Assembly: GCA_907165135.1 (NCBI GenBank)
Contig: OU015567.1
Coordinates: 10,478,001-10,542,000 of the forward strand
Reading direction: 5' to 3'
Source of the DNA: Oikopleura dioica
Lineage: Eukaryota; Animalia; Chordata
DNA length: 64,000 bases
The notes under the pieces are model-generated. The model was not told the DNA's origin and made no database searches. It saw only the letters and a program-made list of their open reading frames with translations. The first letter of the stretch is position 1. The number at the start of each line of letters is the position of its first letter. The position numbers and the translations under genes are program-made. Positions 1 through 10,781 of the stretch are shown here, piece after piece.

Positions 1-1723
1 TTGATTGATGGCTTACCTTTTCTTTGACTATCCAAGAAAGGAACATAACGCCGGTTTGTAAGCGTTGCGGCGTATCGTTTGTTCAATTCGTCCTGAAGAT
101 TCGGCGAGACGACATCGTCTGCTTCTCTTTCGATTTCGTCGAGTAACTCAACAAGAAGAGCACTAGAATGGATTATCAAAGTATTTTACTAAGAAAGGAG
201 ACCTTGTCGCAATATTCAGTCGTGGCAATGTCTTATTTTTGCGACTAGAGAGTGCCCCCAAATATCTGTATATCTCAGGAATATCCACTTCAGCTTGCTT
301 TGGAACACCAGCAATTTCTCTCTCCTCTCGAGCGAGTTTAACCTCTCGATTTCGTCCATCCTCGAATTCCACCTCTTCTGCCTTGTCAGAAAAGAAACTC
401 TCGAACGCATCATGATGCTTTTCTACTATCGCCTTCATTTCTGCATCGTGGCCAAATATGCTCTTGAATAGTTCGTTCCACAAGAACGAAGCCGAGTGCT
501 TTTCTGGGTCCGTTATTTTTTCATTCTCTTTTATCTGCATCAAAGTTGAACTAACTGCTGCTTTGATTTGTCTGCCGGATTTGGTTGTGAGCTGTCGCTG
601 GATCTTCATTGTTTGGCGCTCGCTAAGACCATATATTCCTTGTCGCGGTTTTTCCGTGAAACAAGATAAATTTCACTCGGAGGAGAAATAAATAAAAAAA
701 AACCTTTCCTATATGATCTGCCTTTGCTCTCATGGAGTCCAGAATATCAGTTAAAGTAGACAATTCCGCCTCTGTCCAGCTTGTTTCACCTAATTCAGGG
801 TTTCCAAGAGTCTCGCTGAAATTCATGTTCGCTTGCTCTGAATCTGTTCCAAAAGTGGCCAATGGGCCAAGCTCTCTGTCAACGAGTATTCTCTTGGGAA
901 CGATGTAGCGATTCTGTATCGCCGGTCGTTTTCGGACAACTCTATTTTTACGCTGCGTGGGGCGCTGTATTGATTTGCCGAGGCCAGATGGGCCAGGTGC
1001 TTCCTCGTCGGTTGATGGAATTTCAGCATCGATCTCGGAATCACTTTCGCTCGAGCTTGAAAACAAGAGATTTTTTTTTCAAATACTACTGCTCAAAATA
1101 CCTCGAGATTCCCGGAAGATTGGCACGAGAGTCTTCACGCTTATTTCCCTTAGAATCAGTCTTTCTTTCATCCCATTCTCCCTCAGATTCTGACGAAAAT
1201 TCTGATTCTTCATCGGAAGTGAGCCCCGTGGCATCCTTGTAAACAACGTTCGAGATTTTCTGTGCTTCATCTTTCTTTCCTGCTTCTTTTCCGGTTTGTG
1301 TTTTGCCTCTTTGCGGCGCTTTCTTTTTTGGACTGTTCTTAGCTACTGTAACAGTTCTTAGCTTTTTGTCGGGAACTTTGGGAGATTTCTTGGCTGGAAC
1401 TTTAGGTTTGGTTTTTGCTGGAACTCGAAGGGATTTTTTAGCTGTTTTTATTTTTCTTGCTTTTGTTGGCCGCTTTGAGTTCGAATTCGAAGCTGGTTTG
1501 TTCGTTACTTTCTAAAAATACTTGTAATCTGAGAAACTCTTATTTTCTATCTCTTTCAACTAAACTCTTTAGATCTACGACGAACCTTCTTTGTCTGGAC
1601 ATTCTTCGTCTTTTCTACTTCCTTCTCCTGCTTGACTATCGTACAACTCCTTCTACTTCTACCAGAGTCCATATACTGCGCCCTCAACTCAAGCAGGTCC
1701 TTATCAATCACTTCCTTTGCCAT
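1..1723 (-). CDS. SNAPC2 (SNAP45)-like snRNA-activating complex subunit with long K/S-rich N-terminal extension; multi-exon, 3' end runs off the window
   Basis: Spliced translation (40-nt GT-AG intron near 165-204) gives EVDIPEIYRYLGALSS...PRLNIATSALLVELLDEIERE, resembling human SNAPC2 AVDFEKIYKYLSSVSR...PELSAAESAVVLDLL; WTEAELSTLTDIL resembles WSAREKRQLVRLL. Recognised from memory, not searched. Confidence 0.5.
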
Positions 1724-1818
1724 TCTTCAAAGAACACAAAATGAACATCATGCTTTACAAAAATAAATGTATTATCTATAAAAAATATCAGAAAATGAGA
1801 TAAATGTGGATGTACAGA

Positions 1819-4800
1819 CTATAGTTTTATGTGAATTTTTCTTTCGTCGGCGACTTTGACGAGCTCTTTCGTAACTGATAATTGTGATCTTATAGGCGGC
1901 AACGGTTTGACTGTCGACGAGACGATACGTTTTCGGAAGTCACCGACGGAGATTTTCTCTTGACTCGTTTTCTTGTGCGTTTTTATCGCTCGCAAGGGCG
2001 TTTCTCTCGGCGGAAAGTGTCGCATCAGATGATCCTCGACCTCTGGTAGTCCTGTGGTAGGGAAAAGCCGCGCCAGGAGTGGAATCAGCTCGCGGTTGTA
2101 AGGGTCAATCTTATAGGCTGCTATTGCATCGAGCTTGGCGCCTTTTTCGTTGCCGATGAGGATTCTTGCTTTGGATCGCTGGATTAAATACATGATATGG
2201 ATGTGATACTCGATGGCGAGGGAATAATGATGATCTGCTTCCGCGTGATTGTTTTGATGGAAGAGCTCGGTGCCAAGTTCGTAGTAAACGACTGAAATGC
2301 GCCCACGGATGATTCTGCAAACGGGTTCGTCTTCTGCCAAATTCAGTGCTTCGGAATAATCTTGAATCGCTAGCATTGGCTCTCCAAGTCTGAACCAGCA
2401 ATCAGCCCGATTCACCCAAACTCTTCTTTCGCCTTTGATATATCTAAGAACAGCGGTGAAGAGTCTAACTGCTTGGTCGTAATTTCCCGCCGCGCAACAA
2501 GAAACTCCCGCGTCGTTCAAAATGCAAAAGATCAAACTGTCGGCTTCTGGTTTCAAACTCACGGCTTCCGCCTTGTAGATAAGCTCCAAGTCCTCCAGCG
2601 AACGCGTCCAACATGATAATCGACGGTAGATCTTGGCTCGTAAGAGGTAAAGTCTGAGAAGCTTGGGTCGAGCAGCAATCGCCTCGCCAATGTAGACCAG
2701 GGCGTCTTTTAGGTGACCGGCTGCGAAATATATGATACAGTTGTTTTCAGCCTTGCTGCCGCGGTTTTCTAATTCTTCGTGCATTTTTATGACTTCGGGA
2801 TGATCTGGAATGGTAGAGAGAAGCGCGTCCAAATGCTCGTGGCAGAGAACAAGGCGATTCGTGAGAAGATACTGACGAGTGCGCAGGATTCGAAGGTCCA
2901 TACGATCCGGCTGAAAAGGACAAAATTAGATTTTCCCAACGATCAGATTTATGGGTTTCATTATTTGTGAAGAAGTGTTAATTACACCATCATAAACCAG
3001 GTCACCTAGAAACTGGTCCGTATGGCGCCTGGCGCAGGTCTCCAGCTGCGCGCTGGCGGCAACAGTTTTTCACACTTTTTTGTTCGAAGAAAAAAATTCG
3101 CAACCGAAGAGAAAAATTGATTTTCCAAAAGTGCACGATGGCAAAAAGTGAGCCTCGGTTGATTTTTTCCGTCTTCCTACTCTTTTGCGGGTTTTCAGCG
3201 ATAAATGGAATCAAGAGAGAGTCCGTGATGTTCGCTATTGTGAAGAGCTTCGAGTTTCTGGTCGCATTCGGCGGGAATGCTTTTCTGTTTCTAGTGGATG
3301 CCCTTTGCATCGTAAGTTTTAACATCGTTTAGTAGAAAAATAGCTATTTTCAGTCTGGAATTCTCCTCTGGTTCGCCGCAAACGGCCAGAAAGAATTGGG
3401 CAGATTGACAAAAGCCGATTGGCAGCGATTCTAACCAGACTTACATGTCGCTGAATTTGTTGAAGAAGAAGATCCATTGCTGCCGATGAATTTCCACGAT
3501 CAAGTTCGAGATAGACGATACAGGTCATGCAATCTTCGAAGTCAGGAATAATTTCGTGCACTTTTCTGTAATGGCGAATCGCTTGTTGGTAGTTTCCTTC
3601 TTCAACGTACTTTTCTGCTTGTTTGAATTCACACTAAAATGAAAGATGACTGTCTAAATTATTGATCAAAATTTATCAAAGTAAGATATTTTTACTTATT
3701 TAGTAATTTTAAAAATGAAAACGAGATTATTTAGTTTTTCAATGCTGTATTGAGTTACTAAAAATACTGTCAGTGACACTTTGAATTATCAGTAAAATTA
3801 AATAAACTCATAAAAAATGTCGTCGTTAATTTACCTCAGCCAAGCTCAAAGTGAGTGCTTTCTCCTGCTCCTCCGTCACTCCAAGCTCATTTGCCCTGTT
3901 AATCGCAATTGAGGAGACTCTATTGTCCTTGAGCAGTTGAAAAGCCATTGACTTCATGATAACCATGCTCGAGTCCGTCGGATCGTAGTTGAGGTATTTT
4001 TGAATCTTCTGCAGCGCTTTTCGTGGGTTCACTTCATCGATCGCTCTTTGCGCCTCGTCTCGCCACTTGTCCATTGCTTCTTCGCGTAGCCTCGCGAATC
4101 GAGCACGGAAGGGATGTTGCTTTTCCCACACATCTTTAATTAACTGTTTTCTTCTCAGCCTGAGCATTTCTTTCTTTTTCGCCAGGATTTCCGGATCAAT
4201 TTGAAGCACAACGTCCGAATAGGTTGCCTTCTTGTTCTCGAATTTATCCTCAATTTCTTTTTTCATCGCGTCGATCGACGAAATCGTCGAATGCTTCAAC
4301 GCGAATTCTGAGAAGACGTCGTCAAATGACACCATAAATTGGATCGAGAAGATTTTGTCCATGTCGTTGGCGCCAAAATCGCTCTCTTCTGATTCACTCT
4401 CGGCTCGTTCGTCCTCGGTTTCTTCTTTGTGAGGATCGAGGGGTGGGTCTCCGTTCGACTCCGTGCGCACCAGGTTGATTATTGGAGCGTTTCTGAATGT
4501 GGAAATTATTACCATTTCGTAATTTTAGTTTTACCCGGATCTGCCGTGGCTCATTCTGTTGCCAAAGCTGTTTCTGTTCGGCGCCATGATTGTCATCCGC
4601 CTTCTTTGAAGAGCAGGCGACGGTCCGAGACTCTCTCTCAGCGTCGGGCGATGCACTGTTGACCTCCTGTTAGGGCTTTCATCCTGTTCCTCTGATTTTG
4701 CGTCTGTATTTCTCGATGGCCTTTACAGTGGATTTATATTATTCAGAAAGGAACTTCTATGACAGTTTTTTTTTTAAGGGGGCCACTCAAACTTTTCAAA

Positions 4801-5341
4801 AAAAAAGTACTTCCCGTCATGGTACGGAGTCGGTTGAGATCTCATTAAATGCAGAATTTGCTAAACTATACACAAAAATTATGACAAGAAAAATATAACC
4901 ACCACAAGCGCTAGAATATCGATTTTTCCGTCGGTAAGTCCATTTATGGTGGCGCTCCATTCGAACAATACCGCGCCTCAGCCAATCAGCGCGCGCCATT
5001 TCCGAAAACAATGGAATTTAATGCATTTTTACAGTTGAATTACGGCTAAAGTTCTTGCTAAAATTTTCTTTTTATAATTTTTGTGTACAGTTTCCGGGGC
5101 GGTCTTTCCAACGAGACCTTATTCAGCCCTATTCGATTCCGGGAAGTACCTTTTTTTTGAAAAGTTCGAGTGGCCCCCTTAAAAAAAAAACTGTCTATGA
5201 AAGAAAATGTTTAAAGCCAAAACATGCCTATCGCTAACAAGTTTATCAATAGGTAAATTAAAATCCGATCCTGCGAAGACATGTGGAGCTTCTACGGCCT
5301 GAAATGGGCACCACATCGTCGACGTCTAGGTGCCCACTCAT
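1819..5341 (-). CDS. TTC16: Tetratricopeptide repeat protein 16, multi-exon (copy 1)
   Basis: LYLLRAKIYRRL, ILNDAGVSC..GNYDQAVRLF, VWVNRADCWFRLG, LIPLLARLFP match TTC16 TPR segments. 534-nt intron 2911-3444. First exon (ATG 5341, GA donor) is inferred and less certain. Confidence 0.8.
3138..3434 (+). CDS. Nested antisense microgene (54-67 aa, hydrophobic) inside TTC16 intron; weak NDUFA1-like resemblance
   Basis: GT-AG introns 3148-3198 and 3312-3353 give MAKTINGIKRESVMFAIVKSFEFLVAFGGNAFLFLVDALCISGILLWFAANGQKELGRLTKADWQRF*; two substitutions in copy 2 are synonymous in this frame (GTC/GTG, AGA/CGA). Confidence 0.55.
4763..5193. mobile_element. MITE A, 431 bp, ~53-bp TIR (CAG-T10-AAGGGGGCCACTC...), 7-bp TSD TCTATGA
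   Basis: TSD at 4756-4762 and 5194-5200; empty site with a single TCTATGA in copy 2 near 43513. Confidence 0.95.
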
Positions 5342-5555
5342 CCGATTTCTTAATTATCGGACCTTTTACAAACTTGCTGGAGTTGGAAACATTTGTGCAA
5401 AATACCAGAAAAGAGTAAAACTGAGAATCGGGAACTGAGTAAAAACGGGAAATAAACACGAAGAAGAGAAGTTGTTCTAGAAAAAACAAATGGTTTAAGT
5501 TTAAAATAGTAAAATCGGCCTTACGGCGTCCCGGAAGGCGTACGGAAAAATATTT

Positions 5556-5729
5556 TTAATTTCTAGGTTTCATGTGGGAAAGAACTGATAAAATAAATAG
5601 ACCGAGGATTGCATAAGGGCCGTAGTCGACGAAAAGCCTGAGTGCGTAACCAATTTGCTTGTAAAAAATTAGTACTAGGCTCGTACCAAGAAATATCGCC
5701 CCAGTTTTCGTGTCCAATTTCTTGACCAT
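5556..5729 (-). CDS. 57-aa predicted membrane microprotein MVKKLDTKTGAIFLGTSLVLIFYKQIGYALRLFVDYGPYAILGLFILSVLSHMKPRN
   Basis: Intact ATG-TAA ORF with the same length in copy 2 (43882-44055); upstream acceptor-like ttttctcag; co-oriented between RPLP1 and TTC16. Confidence 0.55.
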   Translation of the reverse strand: MVKKLDTKTGAIFLGTSLVLIFYKQIGYALRLFVDYGPYAILGLFILSVLSHMKPRN

Positions 5730-5743
5730 CTTTACATTCTAAG

Positions 5744-5817
5744 CTCTTGTTCTGAGAAAATATGAGGAAAGAAGGACAATTCTCTTGTTCTGAGAAAATA
5801 TGAGGAAAGAAGGACAA
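5744..5817. repeat. 38-bp-period tandem duplication (2 copies), copy-1 specific
   Basis: ctcttgttctgagaaaatatgaggaaagaaggacaa at 5744 and 5782; single copy near 44070. Confidence 0.9.
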
Positions 5818-5979
5818 ACCATGATTTAGGTTCTTTTTGATCCTAAATTATGAGAGAATTTTTAAAATCAAGGATGCAAGGATCCGACTTTATTTATTTT
5901 TTTTTATCTATTTTATTATCTGCCTACTAGCGTGGCTACTAATCGGCATAAAATGACACAGAAAGGGGTTGTGATCAGA

Positions 5980-6348
5980 TTATCCGAAGATATCGAAGCC
6001 CATATCTTCTTCGGACTCGGAGGAGGACTCTTTCTTTGCTTCTTCCTTGGCCTCTTCGGCAGCACCACCGGCGGCAGCGGCTCCACCAGCAACGGCGGGA
6101 CCGGCACCAACACCAGAGCTGATGTTGGAGATCAACTCGGAGACGTCACAGTTCTTGAGGGCACCGGCGAAAAGTCCGGGCCAGAATGGCTCAACATCGA
6201 CGTTGGCGGCCTAGAATCAAGGCTTCGCTATGGATTGGAGGGTGGTTGAACGAACCTTGAGGAGGGAAGCGATCTTGTCGCCAGAAATGTCGACTCCGTC
6301 GTCGTTGAGGATGAGAGCAGCATAAGTGCACGCCAATTCAGCAGACAT
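5980..6348 (-). CDS. RPLP1: 60S acidic ribosomal protein P1, one 45-nt intron (6211-6255)
   Basis: MSAELACTYAALILNDDGVDISGDKIASLLK|AANVDVEPFWPGLFAGAL...ESEEDMGFDIFG*. Confidence 0.97.
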
Positions 6349-6855
6349 TTTTGAGTGAAATCTTTTTTAAACCGTCTAAAATGAATATAAATTATTATTC
6401 GTAAAATTCGTATATGGACATCGGCAAATGCGTTAATCCACAGTGTATTTTCGCAGTGATACTCTCTGAATTCTTCAAGGATTATCGAAAATTCGTGAAA
6501 ATAGCGATAGTAGTGAGAATTCGTGAGAGCCAATCAGTGGCGCGCTCTGACTATGACCAATTGAGGCAAAATGAAAGGATTTCGAGGCGAAGCTTTCTTG
6601 CAAAGAGGATAATCTGGAACTCTTCACTCCTTGATGGTTTCTACAAAATGAAGATCTCAAGAAAAGCAAATCAGTACTCCAAGAATTCCGAGCAGTAATG
6701 TTCGATAATATTCCAAATTTTCTGTGCCAATAAAATGCTCTTTCAAAAATATCATCACCGTCAGCTTTAAAAATTAACGCGGTCCACACCCGACCACAAA
6801 CATAAATATACCTTAAAATGAAAACGTCCCATCTTCACTACCTGTATTTTAGAAC
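6349..6855. promoter_or_regulatory. Bidirectional promoter region between divergent RPLP1 and NDUFS4 gene arrays
   Basis: Divergent gene starts; GCCAATCAGTGGCGCGC (CCAAT box 6530-6534) conserved in both copies. Confidence 0.5.
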
Positions 6856-7600
6856 ATGCAAAGGAGGATTGTTCAAACATCTACCCGTGGTATCAAGTCC
6901 ATGTGGGGCCACAACACACCAACGAACACGTAAATTAAATCGTTTCTCTTTCTGTATCCTGATCATTTGCTCCCTAGAAAAGTGTTGACTAACAACCAGA
7001 AAACTCTCACCCAAGCTTCTCTCACTCGAGCAAAGGACGACTTCATCAAGGGAACCAAGAAATCGAAGACTCTTGCTTACCCAGAAGATGCCCTCATCAC
7101 CCACCACGCCGCTGCCAAGGTCTGTTTATCCCCTCACTTCCTTAAATTCTAAAAATCTTCAGGCCGTCTCTGGAATCACTGAAGAAACTGAAGGCCGACT
7201 TGTCACCATTTCCCAAACCACTCGAAACGTCATGCAATCTGCCGATAAAAATGCTCAGTACTGGCAAATTGAATTCGATACCCAGGAAAGATGGTAACGG
7301 AAAGCTCTCTATTCCACCATTTAAATTCTTCAGGGAAAATCCAACGATGGGCTGGGGCTCTACCGCCGATCCTCTTTCCAACGTCCACGGCTGGATGCAT
7401 TTCAAAACTAAGGAAGCCGCTATCGACTTTGCTCACCGACAAGGCTGGGAGGTATGAAACCCCATTCTTTCAGTTTTTGGCTCTTTCTAACTGCTTTTCA
7501 GATCGATCAAGTCGTCGAGCCAAGAAAGAAAAAGCTAGAATTCCGAGAATATGGCGATAACTTCGCCTGGAACAAGCGACTCCGAAAGCCCGCAAAATAA
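6856..7600 (+). CDS. NDUFS4: NADH:ubiquinone oxidoreductase subunit S4, 5 exons
   Basis: RNVMQSA...[11 protein letters not shown]|[16 protein letters not shown]...[17 protein letters not shown]|...[16 protein letters not shown]. Confidence 0.95.
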
Positions 7601-7773
7601 ATACAAAACAAAGAATCCTTTGATGTTCAACTTAACTTATTTGACAAAAAACTATTCGAAATCTGCAAAATATTTCCAACAAAAATATAAATCTTCATAT
7701 TCATAAAAAAGCTCGTCTTTCAGATTCTTGCATTTGGCAGCTGCAATCGGCATAATCGGGAAAAAGGAAAGTC

Positions 7774-10675
7774 ATGTCGCAGAGTGTGAGGTCCGATCGC
7801 GGCTCTAGTCGCAGGTCAAGTACGACTTCGGACTTCTCCGAATCCGACTTCAAGCGGCTGGAAGAGCTGCGGGAAATCGGTAAGTCAGCGAAAAGAGAAG
7901 CGCGGGATTTGGATATTGAATCGATGCCCGACTCGATGATGTCCAGCGCTTCTACTGCTCTGACAAAGGCGGAAAGAAAGAGGCAGCTAGCGATCGCAAA
8001 GACGCATAAACTCATTTTGACGAAGAAGCCTCGTGAGATTTTGAAAGAAGAAGAGTACTTGTCCGACATGGACAAGCTGATTACAAGAGATTTCTTCCCC
8101 CATTACGATCACGTAAAAGACCAGCACGATTATCTGATAGCTGAAGAGGAGGGCGATGTGGAAGCGATGCGCGAAATTCAAATGAAGCATAAGAAGCGAC
8201 AGGCGGAAAGGCCGACTACTGGCGCTTGGACTGTCGGTGGAACTCCTTTTCTTGAGGTGACGCTCTCCGAGAAAGTCAATCAGGAACTTACCGTGTTTAG
8301 GGTACTCCGGCACCAGATGATCGCTCGCCTGATCGCGAAAAAGACGACGAAAATGACTCAGACGAGGAGCAAGAGAAAGAAAAAGCTCCAACTAAGAAAA
8401 AATCGCGAACAGAAAACATCTCCCTCGACAGATACTGCACCAAGTTCACATCTGAAGACAACGACTCATTTCAAAAAGTTCACAAATTCACAGAAGACAA
8501 GAAAAAAGAGCAATATGCGTTTTTATATGCTGCGCAGGAGCAAGGAGACATGATGTGTGAAGACAAGGATGCCAATAAACTTATGGGTACGTCTTTCTGT
8601 CTATGCTAAAAGTCTTAAATGATTATTTTTAGCGCCCGAAAAGATTCTCGCGATTGAAGACGCCCGTGAACCTGGGAAGCAGAAGAAAGCTGGCGTTGGG
8701 AACTGGAAGTACACTAACAAGAATTCTCTTTTCTACGGCGCTGAACTCGAGGCACAGAAAGAATACATCTTCAAGAAACCTCCTCAGCCCCGAGAAATCG
8801 TCCACGAAAATACAAGATTCAAGAAAGACCCTTTCCTCCGTCCTGTTGCTCCTGATCGTGTTGCTACTCTTGTTCACAATAGAATCAAAAATACGCTTAA
8901 AGATGATGGAAAAGTCGGCATTGACGGAAAACCAATTACACCTGGTCGTTATGGGTTTGTAATAAATGTATCCGCGACTATTAAAATTGCAATTCAGTCT
9001 TTTGGCCACGCCAAGTCAATGCCCGGCGTGGAAGACTCGCCGTTCATGACTTGGGGTCAACTTGAAGCTACTCCTCAGAGAGCTATGACGCCAGGAGGTG
9101 CTTCAACGTCAGATTCAAAAGCTCCAGGCGTCAGTACCATCGCATCAAATGCACCTTCTTTCCGCATGGACTCAAGTAAATCAATAATTATACTTGAAAA
9201 TTCTCATGCAAATACTTAAGTTGCTCCCCCTTATCTTTATTTTAGTGAATGAGCGAGAAGAGCTGGCCCATAGACAGGGTGGCTAATTTGGATTTGGGGG
9301 TTAGTTGGACTTGGATTGGATCCAATCCAATAAGGTTTGGATGGAATTTGGATGGCCAGGGTACCGGATTTTGTTGGGGAAAATTGGGCAATTGGGGGGA
9401 AATTGGGGAATTGGACCCAATAAAAAATATCTCGCTAAACTATGCAAAGCAGGCTCATTTTCATGATAAAAATGAACAATTTCGGATAAAAAATCATTGT
9501 TTTGGCTATGTTGATCCTCTTTTCGGATAAAAAATTACTGTTTCCGTTCTTTTCAAAGCACTAAAAGCCTTGGAAAAATTGGAAATCCAATTGGATCTAA
9601 TTGGAATTGGGGATTTTTGGGGAATTGGGTAATAATTGGATTGGGTTGGATTTTGGATGGATAGTTACGACTCAAAATTTATTGGATGGAAATTGGATGG
9701 CCAGACCCCAAAATTTTGTCCAAAATAGCCACCCTGCCCATAGATTGACCGAAACCGCCTTCAGCGCAAAGAGAAATGCAAAAGAAAGAACCCTATCTGG
9801 CGCTAAAAAATCTGCCTTCGGAACGACTCCCCACAGACTCGGGAAATCGATGGGCAAGACCCCAGAAATGCGATCGCCTGCTCTCAATGTATGACTTTCG
9901 CTTTTCTCTTAAATTTTGAAAATATTTCAGCGTCTGTTGAGCAAGCATACAAACAAGCTCGGAATCGGCAACTCCAGTCCTGGCCTCGGCATCCTGTCAA
10001 ACAGAACAGGACAGAAACAGGTTAAAAAATTTTTTTGCTAGATTTTCACACAGGAAACAGAACAGGACAGGTCTGTACGACTGTATACAGAAACAGGTCT
10101 GTAAAAAAATTCTGCCCTGGACAGGTCTGTATGACTGTATACAGGAACAGGTCTGTCAAAAAATATTGTCCTGAAAAAAACAGCAGATGTTTAAATTATT
10201 TTCTTAAGTTATTATTTGAATAACCCAGATTCGAAGAAAAATCCAGACTTTTTCCCTGTTCGGTCTGTATTATTCTTCAGAACTGTATTTTTTCGCAGCC
10301 CTGTTTCTGACAAAGTCTGTAAACAGGGACAATCTCTGCATTTATAAACAGACCTGTTACATTTAAACAGACCTGTTTACAGACCTGTAAACAGAGTAAA
10401 TTTTTGATCAAAATTTTATACAGGTTACAGGACAGACCACTCATAAACAGGAAACAGGACCTGTAACAGGTTTCCAGACAGGACAGAATGCCGAGGCCAG
10501 CTCCAGTCTTCGGGCCTCTTTGACTCCTTCTTCGCGCCGTTCAGGTTCTCAAACTCCAGGTTCAAGAAGAGCGGGCTCAATTACTCCACGCACTCCAAAA
10601 ACATCTGGCTTTGGCTCGAAGACCATCGCTGGCGTTAAATTGAAGTCAAATTCTGTTACAGACGGTCTTATTTAA
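7774..10675 (+). CDS. ESS2: Splicing factor ESS-2/DGCR14 (copy 1), interrupted by two exonic MITEs and a 1-nt deletion near 9017
   Basis: LKEEEYLSDMDKLITRDFFPHY, SLDRYCTKFTSEDNDSF, WKYTNKNSLFY, ATPSPMPGVEDSPFMTWG; intact homologue at 46048-47950. Confidence 0.9.
9275..9736. mobile_element. MITE B, hAT-type, 462 bp, TIR CAGGGTGGCTA, 8-bp TSD CCCATAGA, TTGGA/TTGGG subterminal repeats
   Basis: TSD 9267-9274 and 9737-9744; empty site in copy 2 near 47540. Confidence 0.95.
9980..10500. mobile_element. MITE C, 521 bp, TIR CTGGCCTCGGCAT, 8-bp TSD CTCCAGTC, ACAGG/CCTGT subterminal repeats
   Basis: TSD 9972-9979 and 10501-10508; empty site in copy 2 near 47776. Confidence 0.95.
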
Positions 10676-10781
10676 AACAAACATCTTCTCTTTTTCATCA
10701 TTTTCTGCCCTGTTCACCGACAAATATTGATATTCGGTCATTTTCTGAATAAAATTCAATCAAGACTATTTTTAGAGCGAA

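Noticed and set aside
5336-5349. ACTCATCCGATTTC resembling parts of the Oikopleura spliced leader as I recall it
   Set aside because: Two short discontiguous matches only, no donor or Sm site; overlaps the inferred TTC16 start.
9275-10500. CRISPR-like or prokaryotic repeat arrays
   Set aside because: The repeats are irregular 4-6-nt subterminal motifs bounded by TIRs and TSDs in a eukaryotic context; no repeat-spacer periodicity or cas genes.
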